A DNA stretch of 64,000 nt from Carcharhinus longimanus (lineage: Eukaryota), in assembly GCA_030264375.1 (NCBI GenBank), contig JASCQW010000109.1, forward strand, positions 54,534,709-54,598,708, given 5' to 3'. Of this stretch, positions 12,431-24,572 are shown in pieces (within the stretch, counting starts at the first letter, position 1; each line of letters opens with the position of its first letter). The position numbers and the translations under genes are program-made. A model generated the notes under the pieces. That model was not told the DNA's origin. It searched no databases and worked only from the letters and a program-made list of their open reading frames with translations.

Positions 12431-12970
12431 CTGAAATTTGTTATTTCCAAATTATTTCCTAATTGCATAATTTATTTCCCTACTTGATACAGTGCAAAGA
12501 ATTCGAAAAATTTCCAATTCCCCGACAGACATAACCTTAACATTGGTGAGCAACTGAAAGCAATTAAAAAGCCCTATCATGGCCCATTACCAAGCCCTAG
12601 CCCAAAAACCTTGGTCCTTTAAACGTATACTTCCAATATATCCAGGAGCAAGGCCTGGGGGGAGGGGATGTGCAGAAAGTGACAAATACCTGGGCCCAGC
12701 ATTTGGGGATCCTGGACTCTGGCTCAGGCTTGGTGTTTTAAGCAGTTTTTCATCACCCATGTCAAGCAGACAGAGCTGCAGACTTGAAAGACCGGCTTTT
12801 AAAAAAAACCCAAATGTTAGGCTGAGAATTTTGATTTTTTTTTTAGGCTGGTCAGTCAGTGTCAGATCAATTTTAATAGTTGCAGTTGCTTTTGACGTTT
12901 GGGCAGCTTCATGATTCCAATTTTTAGAAAACCATGAAGCTGCCCTTAGGTGCAAAGCAATAGCAGTAAC

Positions 12971-14219
12971 TGAGGATGTGCCTGTTTGAAAAAATGGTCA
13001 GTCAAAATCCCCGTAAGCTTAGAATGAATTGGATGAAATTTGGGGTGGTGGGGAGGGGTTGGGGTAGAGGGAAGGAGCTGTCAAATTAACAATATTGCAC
13101 AATACTATTAAAGTAAAATTTGTTCATTCTGGTTTGCTTAATAATCGCAGTGGGATCACCTAAATTAACACATAAATTAACACTGCATTATATTTCATTG
13201 CTGCTCTAAATATTAATGATCCCCGCTGCATATATCGGATGGTTTTGTAACCTGGTGCCAACAATGGGCATTATCATTTTGCTAGGACTTTTTTGTGATT
13301 GTTTGGTTAATTAGTTGGTGAATCTTAAAAGGGAATAAATATATCGTTGTGAAGTTAGTGTTTGTGAAAATTATAAATACTTGTAAAAATGCTAAGAGTT
13401 GTAAAATTGTCTGTTTAAAAGGTTTCTTTTTACTGTACAAAAGAGCTGCAGGTGCAAAAATCCAGTACAGACTGAAACAATGCATTAGTCAAAAACAACA
13501 GAATTGTTTTGGTAACAGGCTTTAGAAATTTGAATCAGAACATGTTTTTGAATTTTCACCAATCAATTTAAAATAGGCATTTGAATCACAGCAGTCTATC
13601 AAATTTCAATTTTATGTTTTGATAACCTGCAAACAATTCTATTGTGTAAATTTTGGTGTGTCTTTGGGGCGTATAAAGCCTACAGCTCCCAGTTCCAAAC
13701 AGTTAGAAAGACAGCCATTGCCTCTGCCAGAAACTGCCACAGCCCTCAGCTAGAGAGAGACATAGACAGACAACGCTAGGTGAGTGTAACAGCCACATTT
13801 ATGTCTTAAGAGAAAACCTCATTTCATCTCAGAAGAAAAGACCAACGGAACTCAGGAAAAATCAGCAAAGAGGAATGAAGATTCCAGAAGTCAACAAACC
13901 TGACTGAATTTTCAGTGTGACTAAAAGTTCTATTTTCTTTTTGTTAGTAAGTGGGAATTGTAATTATCTAAACAGCATTCAATTAGGATAGTGTTCTATT
14001 CGGTTTGTTAATAGTTTGGTTAACCTGTTCACTTTTAGTTGGAAGAATAAAGTGGTACCTGTTTATTTTTAAAGAGAGTCTCAGCTAGTTATATTGACTT
14101 AACCACTAAAAATTGCTGTAGTCTAATCATACTATTTCTCACGTACTCTTTAATGGATTATGAAAGGGAGTGATTAAGTGTTACTTCTCTGAAAGGAGAT
14201 CATCTTCCCTTTCATAACA
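12971..14219 (+). mobile_element. putative solo LTR
   Basis: TG start and CATAACA end; TATAAA at ~13673, AATAAA at ~14046; end motif shared with 56463-57537. The 5' boundary is uncertain. Confidence 0.4.
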
Positions 14220-14774
14220 ATCATGGCTGATTGATGGCAAGGGTTAAAGTGGAGAGGAGGAATAAGGCGCCAGAAAATAGGTGAAGCATTGATGTCCAAG
14301 ATTTTTCTCAGTGGCCTTGTGACTGTGTTTTTCCTGGAATCATGTGTAACACTTTTGCAAGACGTATGCATGTGCAACACCATAAAATATAAGCATTTTT
14401 AAGAAGAGTTTCAACTTGATTTCCTTTTGCTTCAGTTGGGTAATACAAAATGATTGACATTCTTTAACTTTCAACATGTTAGGCAATGACTGAGTTGTGC
14501 AATGTTAACAGTAGGAAACTGTGCAATGTTTATCTGTCTGATTGCAGCACTTCAACTTTGTGTCATTAAAACTGGCATTGTTGCAGCCTAATTGTGAGTT
14601 AGTATATTTTTAATCGATTGCCCCTGCAACACACAAATGAAGGGTTATTATATAAATAATTTATTTGGAATTAAATTAATATTCCTTGTTTTTATACTGG
14701 TGTGGGAAATGAAAGAAAATATTTACTGAAGCTGTAGTGCACAATCGTTTTGTAAATTGGAATCTGTGTTATTT

Positions 14775-15440
14775 TATTTGTTCATGGGATGTCAGTCTTA
14801 CTGTTAAGTCTTGCATTTGTCATCTATCTTTAATTGCCCCTCAAAAGGTGGGGTTGAACCACCTTCTTGCACTTACGCAGCCATGGGTAAGTACACAGTG
14901 GTGTTAGGAAGGAAGTTCTAGGTTTTTGACCCAGTGACAGTGAACGAACAGCGATATAATTTGAAGTCAGGGTGGTGTATGGCTTGGAGGGAAACTTGTG
15001 CGTGATGATATTCCTCTGCACCTTCTACCTTGCCCTTCTAGGTGGTTGAATTTGGTGGTTTGGAAGGTGCTGCTGAAGGACACTTGGTGATTTGCTGCAG
15101 TGCATCTTGTAAACGCTACACATTACTGCAGCTGGAGGGAGTGATGGAGGGAGTAAATGGCTGGTGGATGGGCTGTCAAGCAAGCTGGCTACTCTGTCGT
15201 AGATGAAATAGAGTTCCTTGAACATGATTGGAGCTGCACCCTTACAGGTTGGAGAATTTTCCATCACATTCTAGATTTGGGCCTTGTAGATTGTGGACAG
15301 GTTCAGAGCAGTCAGGAGATAAATTACTCTCTGTTGAATTCTCAGCCTCAGATTTGTGCTCGTAGCCACAATATTTATCTGTCTAGTCTAAATTCAGTTT
15401 CTCGTCAGTTGTAACACCCAGGATATCATGGTGGTAGATT
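14775..15440 (-). mobile_element. decayed LINE 3' fragment (same family as 52862-54510)
   Basis: Shares TTTGACCCAGTGACAGTGAA...GATATA with 53030-53065. Confidence 0.7.
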
Positions 15441-16583
15441 CAGCAATGCTGATTTCTGTTTTCACATGTATTCATTCATTTTATGTTACTGCTGTGGGAA
15501 AGGATATAAAAATATTGAAACTGAAAATATATGGGACAGATTGATGTGTTCTGCACAGAGTGCTATGAATTTATTGGATACTGTGCAACTGCAGTTCTCG
15601 GTATTGTTTTTAAGCTCAATCATTCACAGGTCATGGTGAAATGCATCCATTCAGAATGACGCACAAATGCTGAATATAGGAAACAGTCAAATTCATTTCC
15701 TGTTGTTTCTCTAAACATCATAGAGTTCATTTTCCTTTTGAGGCACATTGTGGGCTGCCCACCGGATGATTTTGATAAGAGGCTTGATCAATTTTGGTGA
15801 TATGGCCGCATTTAAGTAGAATGGATAAGCTGCGATCGATAAGCAAGTGCTGATAAGACAGCTTGCTGATCAGTGGGGGGTGGAATGTTCAGAAGCTCAT
15901 CCAAGGGTGGGGATAGGGTGATGGTTGGAACGACAAACCCAGTGGAAGGCAGGGCCCTGGGGACACCAACAAGGAGAACCTCTCTCATCTATTTTCTGTT
16001 ATTATTCCAGAGCTAATTCCCTTTTTTTTTGCTGAAGAGAACTGTGGTTATGCAAGACATGGCTGACCAGAGCATTTTAAACAACTTTATATCTTCTCTG
16101 TCTTGTTCCATTTCTGTTATGTAGTTAAACTGACATTCTACTGGCATTGTTGAAAGCTGCTCCACAATGAATGGTTACGTTGAATGTCTGGTGTATACTA
16201 AGTCCCTAAGGTCTCTTTCATTTTCATCGTTAGCTACTTTGATGCACAGCATTTTAGGCTTGTCAGCATTAAAATTCATCTGTCATTTCCTGCTTCTGAA
16301 ACACCCTCCCCAACTCACTCTGTAATTTCTGTGTTGCCTTCTGCAATTGTATGATACCATCTTCCTGTAAAATGAAGAATACTTGCATTTGTTTCACTGA
16401 TGGGGAACTTTCCAGAGGTGCACCATTGTGAACAGTGGGATGCAGCTTCAGATTGGTTTGGATATGGGCCCCTGAGAAAAAGTGCTGGTGGCTGCAGATG
16501 ACCATTCGCCTAGAAGGACCAGCCAGTCCCAGAACAGCTCTTAGACTAGCTCGAATTAATGGCCAACATTGTTTACAGTGGAG

Positions 16584-16886
16584 TCATACAATCCCACAGT
16601 GCAGAAGGAGGCCATTCGGCCCATCGGGTCTGCACCAACCACAATTCCACCCAGGTCCTAGACCCATAACCCCATGTATTTACCCTCCCAATTTCCCTGA
16701 CACCAAGGCAATTTAGCATGGCCAATTCACCTAACCTGCACATTTTTGGACAGTGTGAGGAAACCAGAGTATCCAGAGGAAACCCACGTAGACACAGGGA
16801 GAATATGCAATCTCTACATAGACAGTGACCCACGCCAGGAAGTGAACCCGGGTCTCTGGCGCTGTGAGGCAGCAGTGCTGTGCCAC
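16584..16886 (-). mobile_element. HE1-like SINE, CR1-type tail
   Basis: Head, core and tail all visible. Confidence 0.85.
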
Positions 16887-17819
16887 AGAGTCACTTCAGA
16901 TTTTAATGGGAATGCATCAGTATTGGTGATTATAGAGCAGTGTAGGAGAGATGTGAGCTTGAGTCCCTCCTAATAATTGAGAAATTATCATTGAAGGAAA
17001 ATTAAATAGGCCTGTTACTTTTCTTTACAAAATATAGTAGTAATATAAAGTAAAATGTTAGACTTGCTTCCTTTTTAAGCTGCATGGCATGTACTTTGGC
17101 AATATTTTCCTGTCGTCCTTAGATGATTGGCAGAATGAGATCATTTAAAAATGTTATATATATTGCAGTTCCAATTTTTAGTTTCCAGAACTACCATCTC
17201 CTTATCAATTTATATCACTGTTGTATTGTTTCAATCAGAACTATTCATCACAGTTATACTCTCAATTCAAGAGAATGAAACTACATTGTTGTAATGGCCA
17301 CCAGATGGAGGCAGTGACTCAGATTTGGCGACACCTAAAACCATATTAGCCCAGATCTTCTGGTCAGTGGCAATGATGGGCACATTGCTACTGGTTGCGA
17401 GGTTTTCTGCAACATAACTATATTATGTGTTTTCAGCCTGGACCTTCAGTCCCAGTTTGCAGCGTTGGTGGGCCGGTGCAGCCACTCTAGGGCAAGACTG
17501 GTGAGGGTAGAAGAACACAAACAAATTGAGAACATGCCCTCTTCTTACGACAGTTTCTATCATATTCTTTTTTTTAAAGGTTTCAAGTCTGCCAATGAGG
17601 GAATGGGTTAGTGAGCAAATGGGTGAGTGAGTGAGTGGGTGGGCAAGGGCGTGAGATAGACGGGTCAGGGAAGCAGTAGTCAAATCAGGAGCAGTCGGCT
17701 CAGGTTTGGAGGGGGCAGGTGGCTTAGATTTGGAGAGGGTAGTCAGCTTGGGTGGGGGGAGGGGTTGGTGGGAAAGGGAGACAGGTCATGAGGGTGTAGT
17801 GATTGGAGGGGTTGGTTAA

Positions 17820-20800
17820 CATAGAAACTAAAAGCAGGAGTAGGCCATTTGGCCCTTAGAGCTTTTTCCGCTATCCATTTTGATCATGGCTGATCATCAA
17901 ATTCAGTAGCCTGATCCCCTCTTCCCCCCATATTCTTTGATTCCTTTCGCCCCAAGAGCTATATCTAATTTCTTTTTGAAATAAGACAATGTTTTGGCCT
18001 CAATTACATTCTGTGGTAACGAATTCCACATATTCACCTCTGGGTGAACAAATTTTTCCTCACATCCGTTCTAAAAGGTTTACCCCTTATTCTCAAACTA
18101 TGACCCCTAGGTCTGGATTCCCCCACCATTGAGAACATTCTTTCTGAATCTACCTTGTCTAACCCTGTTAGAATTTTATGAGTTTCTATGAGATTCTCTC
18201 ACTCTTCTAAACTCCAATGAAAACAACCCTAACAAACTTAATGTCTCCTTATATGACAGACCGGCCATCCCAGGAATCAGCCCGGTAAATCTGGTACTCC
18301 CTCTATAGCAAGAACACCCTTTCACAAATAAGGACACCAAAACTGCACACAAAACTTGTGGTATGGCCTCACCAACACTCTAAACAATTGCAGCAAAACA
18401 TCTCTATCCCTCTACTCAAATTCTCTTGCTATGAAGGCCAACATACTATTTACCTTCTTTACTGCCTGCTGTGCCTGCATACATACTTTCAGTGACTGAT
18501 GCACGAGGACTTCTCGTTGAGTATCCACCCCTCTCAATTTACACCCATTCAAGTAATAATCTGCCTTCCTATTATTGCTGCCAAGGTGGATAACCTCACA
18601 TTTATCCACATTCTAGTGCATCTATCATGCACATGCCCACACACACAGCCTGTCCAAATCACGCTGAAGCATCTCTGCATCCTCCTTACAGCTCACCACC
18701 CCCGCCACCCCCCCGCAGCCAATTTTGCATCATCTGCAAATTTGGAGAAAACACATTCGGTTCCCTCTTTCAAATCAATAACGTATAACATGAAAAGTTG
18801 GCGTCCTAGCACAGATCCCTGCAGAACCCACTAATCACTGACTGCCAATCAGAAAAAGACCCATTTATGCCAACTCTTTGCTTCCTATCTGCTAACCAGC
18901 TTTCTATCCATTTCGAGACATTACCTGCAATCCCATGTGCTTTAACTTTACACAATAGTCTGTTATGTGAGACCTTGTCGAAAGCCTTCTGAAAGTCTGT
19001 TATAAAGCAGAGATGGATTCCCCTCAGAGAACCAACACCTGACCATTCGAAGAGGATTACCTTGCCCAAAAACCTGTAAAGAATGAGTGTGAAGTGGTGT
19101 GACCTGCTCTTCAGCTACTTTTAGTGGTTAGGGTGACACAGTGGTTAGCACTGCTGCCTCACAGCTCCAGGAACCTGGCTTGGTCACAGTCTGTGTGGAG
19201 TTTGTACATTCTCCTCGTGTCTGTGTGGGTTTCCTCCAGGTGCTCCAGTTTCCTCCCACACTCCAAAGGTGTTCAGATTAAGTGGATTGGCCCTATGAAA
19301 TTGCCCCTTAGTGTCTCAGGATGCACAGGTTGGAGGGATTAGCGGGGTAAATATGTGGGGTTATGGGGATAGGGCCTGGGTGGGATTGTTGCTGTTGATG
19401 AGTTGAATGGTCTCCTTCTGCACTGTAGGGATTCTATGAAATCAATATAATTCCTTGACACTCTCTCTCTCCAAAAAGAACAAGTAACACTTTATTTATT
19501 GAACAGAACAACTAAACTATTAACACAATCAAACACAATTCTAATGGAATGCTGTTCCAACAAATACAATTCCCACTCATTAACAAAAAATAGAATTTAA
19601 TCACTCTCTAAATTACAGCCAGGTTTTGTACCTTCTGGAATATTCTGGGCCTTCTCTGTTGATTCTTCCATAGTACATAGAACATAACAGCGCAGAACAG
19701 GCCCTTCGGCCCACGATGTTGCGCCGACCAGTTAAAAAACAATGACCCACTNNNNNNNNNNNNNNNNNNNNNNNNNNNNNNNNNNNNNNNNNNNNNNNNN
19801 NNNNNNNNNNNNNNNNNNNNNNNNNNNNNNNNNNNNNNNNNNNNNNNNNNNTCCTCAGTCAACTCCACAGGTTACATCATCAAAAAATTCCAATAGATTT
19901 GTCAAGCATGATTTCCCTTTTGTAAATCTATACTGAAATTGCCTGATTATACCACTGCCTTACAAATGCTGAGTTATGAAATTCTTGATGATAGACTCTA
20001 GCAACTTCCCCAGTACCAACCAACATGAGGCTCACTAAGGTCTATAGTTCCGTGTTTTATCTCTGCCTCCCTTTTTAAATACTGGGCTTACATTAGCTAC
20101 CCTCCAATCTGTAAGAACTATTCCAGAGTCCAAAAGGACTTTTGGAATTTTGGAAAATAACCACCAACGGATCTACTGTTTCCAGGGCCACTTCCTTATG
20201 TACCCTGGGATGAAGATTATCAGGACCTGGAGATTTAGCCACCTTCAGTCCCATGAATTTCTCCAAAACCATTGCTCTATCAATGCTGATTTCCTTCAAC
20301 TCCCCATTAAAACATATTTCTCTCAGCACTTCCAATACATTATTCATGTCTTCCTTTGTGAAAACTGAAGGAGAGTACAAACTTAATTCCTCAGCCAGTT
20401 CTTTTCTCCTCATTATGAATTTTCCCGTTTCTGACTAAGGGACCTACATTCATTTTTGTAAATCTTCTTCTTTTCACATATCTAAAGAAACTTTACAGTC
20501 AGTTTTTATGTTCGCTGCTAGCTTACTTTCTTACTCTTATTCCCTTCTTAATCAATCCCTTGGTCCTCCTTTGCTGAATTTTAAACTGCTCTCAATCCTC
20601 AGGCCTATTGCTTTTTCTTGCTAATTTGTATGTTTCTTCCTTGAATCTGATACTATCTCTAATTTCCCTTGTAAGCCATTATTTGGCCACAATTCCCTTA
20701 CCACTTTTGTGCCAAACAGAAATAAGCAACTTCCGGAGTTCACCTATTTAAATTTAAAGTTCTTTAAATGCCGGCTATTGCCTGTCCACTGTCTTTCTTT

Positions 20801-22168
20801 CCAGTAGTATTTCCCAGTTGATCATACCAATTCATGCCTCATACCACCATAATTGCCTTTATTGAGATTCAGGATCACAGTCTCAGAATCAATGACATCA
20901 TTATCCATCTTGACAGAAAATTCTACCATATTATGTTCACTTGTCCCCAAGGGTCCTCTCACAAATAGATTGCCAATGAATCCTTTCTCATTGCAAAATA
21001 CCCAGTCCAAGATGGCCTGCTCCCTTGTTGGTTCCTCAATGTATTGCTTAAGGAAACTATCCCATATGCACTCCAGAAATTCCTCTTTTATTGTACAGTG
21101 ACTAATTTTATTCTCCTAATTTATGTGCAGATTAAAGTCGTCCATATTCACAATGTTCCTTTAACACATGCATCCCTGATTTCCTGTCTCATGCTTTTCC
21201 CAACATTATCACTCCAATTTGGTGGTCTGTATACCACCCTCACCATTGTTTTTTGCCCTTTGTTGTTTCTTAACTCAACCTATACAGGTTTCACATCATC
21301 TATGCTAATATCTTTCCTCAATATTCTATCAATATCATCTTCAATCAACCACCACCTTTTCTTTTCCGTTTCTCCTTCCTAAACACTGAATAGCCCTCAA
21401 TGTTTAATTCCCATCTTTGCTCACCATGGAGACATGTCTCTATAATGCCAACTGTATCATACACCTTTACATCTATCTGTGCAACTAATTCATCCATTTT
21501 GCTTTGAATGCTCCAAGCATTGGTACAAAACCTTAAGGTGCGCACTTTTAACATTTCATTTCCTTTCCCTACTATTTTTTACTTGGTCCTTATCTGACTC
21601 TGGCTCTTGATTTCTCTGCCTATCACTTTCATTATTCTCCTTATTATCTTTTTCTCTTGTTCTTAATTCCCCTGCTTTGAAATTCCCACCGCCCAGTCAC
21701 ATTAGTTTACACCTTCTCCAATTACTCTTGCAAGTATCCCCCCTAAGGACATCAGGAATGTCCTGCCCAGGTGTAATTGTTCAGTTTGTACAGGTCCCAC
21801 GTCCCCCATAACTGGTCCCAATGCCCTAGGAATCTGAGACCCTACCCCTCACACCACCTTTTCAGCCTATTCATCCCATGTATCCTGCTGTTTCTACTCT
21901 GACCAGCATGTGACACTACCTGAGATCACTACCTTTGAGGTTCTACTTTTCAGCTTGCTTCTTAGCTCCCTATATTCTGCTTTTAGGACCTCATCCCTTT
22001 TTTTAACCTATGTCGTTTGTACCAAAGTGTATTACGATCACTGGCTGTTCGCCCTCCCCCTTTAGAATGTCATGCAGCGGCTCAGAGACATCCTTGACCC
22101 TAACACCAGCGAGGCAACATATCATTCTGGAGTCTAATCTGCGGCCACAGAAAAGCCTATCTCTTACC
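17820..22168 (-). mobile_element. near full-length decayed CR1 LINE (ORF1 SGNH-esterase, endonuclease, RT, 3' tail), interrupted at ~18998-19851
   Basis: ORF1 remnant RDRLFCGRRLDSRMICCLAGVRVKDVSE...VIHFGTND near 22010-22165; EN start TNAWSIQSKMDEL...GIIET; KSPGPDNLHPRV; DFQKAFDKVSH; KCEVIHLG; 3' tail at ~17820. Confidence 0.88.
19131..19439 (+). mobile_element. HE1-like SINE, CR1-type tail
   Basis: CACAGTGGTTAGCACTGCTGCCTCACAG...GGGATTCTATGA. Confidence 0.85.
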
Positions 22169-23874
22169 NNNNNNNNNNNNNNNNNNNNNNNNNNNNNNNN
22201 NNNNNNNNNNNNNNNNNNNNNNNNNNNNNNNNNNNNNNNNNNNNNNNNNNNNNNNNNNNNNNNNNNNNCTTAAACCTGTACACCCTAGTAATTGACTCTT
22301 CCACCCTGAGAAATGCTTCTGAGTATCCACTCTGTCCATGCCTATCATATTATTCCTGTAACATCAAGTCATAGAATGGTTATGTTGCAGCCTAAACCCA
22401 TTTGCCATGTTGTTTCATTTTGGCATTGTGAATGAGTAACTCATCTAGTCTCACTCCTCACTCTTACCCTTTTTGATTTGATGATTCTTTATCCTGGCAA
22501 TACTTAAGCCAATTCTCGTTTGAAAGCAATGAAGGAACCTGCTGGCAGCACACTCCAGGCTGTCCCTTATTTTGAGGATTACATCTATTGAGATCATGAA
22601 TTTTTGCCATTTTTCTTTGTATGACTGAACTGGCCAATTCTGGACTGGCAGACTTTTGGGCATTAGGGCAGAATGTTCAAGATCATGAGATCTGGAGTGC
22701 AGGAGTTGCATCCTTTAATTTTGTCATCAATCTGCCTCATCATTGTGACATTGGCTTGATAGAAAAGTTGTCTTCCATACTCAACACTCACTTGAATGGC
22801 CCCATGCAGCCACAACACTCAAGATGCTCAACATCATCCAGGATAGAACTGTTATTCAATCCCTTCACTAACTGTGTATTTTGACTACAACGTCCAGAAC
22901 ACTTTCGGAATTTACCATTGTCACTCCAAATGCACCCAGCATCACACTCTCCCAAACTTATCATTTCTACTATCATGAAGGTCAACAAAAGTATTGCCTT
23001 GAGAACACCATCATTTCCATGTTCTCCTTCTTTACGCCAACCAAATCATATACCATCCACACCTGGATGTATGGTATTGATGCTTTCTAATAACTGGGTT
23101 AATCATAGTACCTTACAACACAGAACAAGGCCATTCAGCTCTTCGAGCCTTTGTTGACTGTTACAAATCTCGGAGACACCAGTCACGTTTTAAAAGGAAG
23201 GATTTCCCTGGCTTCAAAGGAAAGAAAACCTGGACAACATTTTAATTCTTTAATCATTTACTGTAAAGAACCAATTATATCAACATAATTCAAACATTAG
23301 TTAACATGCAAATATTTCAAATGAAAGGATAAATTTCACTTCAAATAGTCGATACAACAATGACACACCTCACAGTGTTAGTTATAAGCACTTGTTTCAC
23401 TTCCCACACAATGTGACACCACATACAATCCCAGGATTTATCTGACTTGACTGCCAGTACTTATGATCTCTCACTTCCCATCTTGAATTTGACCCTTGAG
23501 TCATTTTCACCTTCAGCCATATTCTATCTGAATTTCCTGGCTATGGTTAGCACCCAAACAGTATACCCTTCAGAACCTCCTTAACTAGATTCACAACCAT
23601 CTTGATGACTGATAGCCCAAAGACTCCTGTCTCTGGCTCCGTTAAATGGTTTGATTGGCGTGGGGAAAGCTAAAACTGCACAGTGACCTTGTCCAATCTA
23701 GTGTCCCTGCTCTCTTTCTCTCTCTCTTCAGCTTTCTGTCCTTTTTTACTCATGATGCTCCCTTCATTACAGGTTCTGTTCTATTCACAAAGATATATAT
23801 CTTTCTGGGTTCTGAGACCATTTGTAATCTAATATCCAATTAGCTGTCTATTTATCTTTTGCTCCAGCAATCTA

Positions 23875-24157
23875 AATTAAAGTTAATTTGCTAGTCACGA
23901 GTAAGGCTTACATTCACACTGCAATGAAGTTACTGTGAAATTCCCCTAGTCGCCACAGTCTAGCACTTGTTCGGTCAATGCACCTAATTGGCACATCTTT
24001 CAGAATGTGGGAGGAAACTGGAGCACCCGGAGGAAACCCACACAGACATGGGGAGGGCATGCAAACTTCACACAAACAGTGACCCAAGCTGGGAATCGAA
24101 CCCAAGTCCCTGGCGTTTTGAAGCAGAAGTGCTAACCACTGTGCCACTGTGCCACCC
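23875..24157 (-). mobile_element. HE1-like SINE, alternative tail
   Basis: Head GTGCTAACCACTGTGCCAC; tail region CACTGCAATGAAGTTACTGTGAAA. Confidence 0.85.
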
Positions 24158-24377
24158 CATGAGCATTACATGAGCAATGGTGAGATGTTTAAGGTCACAT
24201 TGTTGGAATTGTCGTGGTTTCACAATGAACTAAAAGAAAATCTCAAAAGAAGTAAATACAGGCTTTTCCCCAAAGTACAAAGATCATAACATGAGACTTT
24301 GGAAGAATTATCCTAATTAGTTCATGTCTTGATATTCCATGAGTAAATGTAGTTATCTGAGTAAAAATCCCTGTTAC

Positions 24378-24572
24378 CTGATAGTGAGGATTTGTCCAAA
24401 ATTGAGTTCAAAGTTGTTAACTTGTGCAATGAAGATAGCAGCAAGTGCCTCATACAGCGCAGTGCCATCCATGTTAATCGTGGCACCGACAGGCAGCACA
24501 AATCTGGTAATTCGTTTATCCAGCCCAATCTTGTCCTCCAGGCAGCGAAATGTGATAGGTAAAGTTGCTGAG
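24378..24572 (-). CDS. internal exon of an SLC1A3/EAAT1-like excitatory amino acid transporter (HP1-TM7-HP2 region)
   Basis: tcccctttag-like acceptor and AG|GTAAC donor; 195 nt, phase 2-2; translates [64 protein letters not shown] with the SLC1 NMDGT motif. The paralogue cannot be fixed from one exon. Confidence 0.93.

Noticed and set aside
12579-12955. Overlapping ORFs as the missing SLC1A 3' exons
   Set aside because: No AAGIP, DW or RT..NV motifs seen in the translations.
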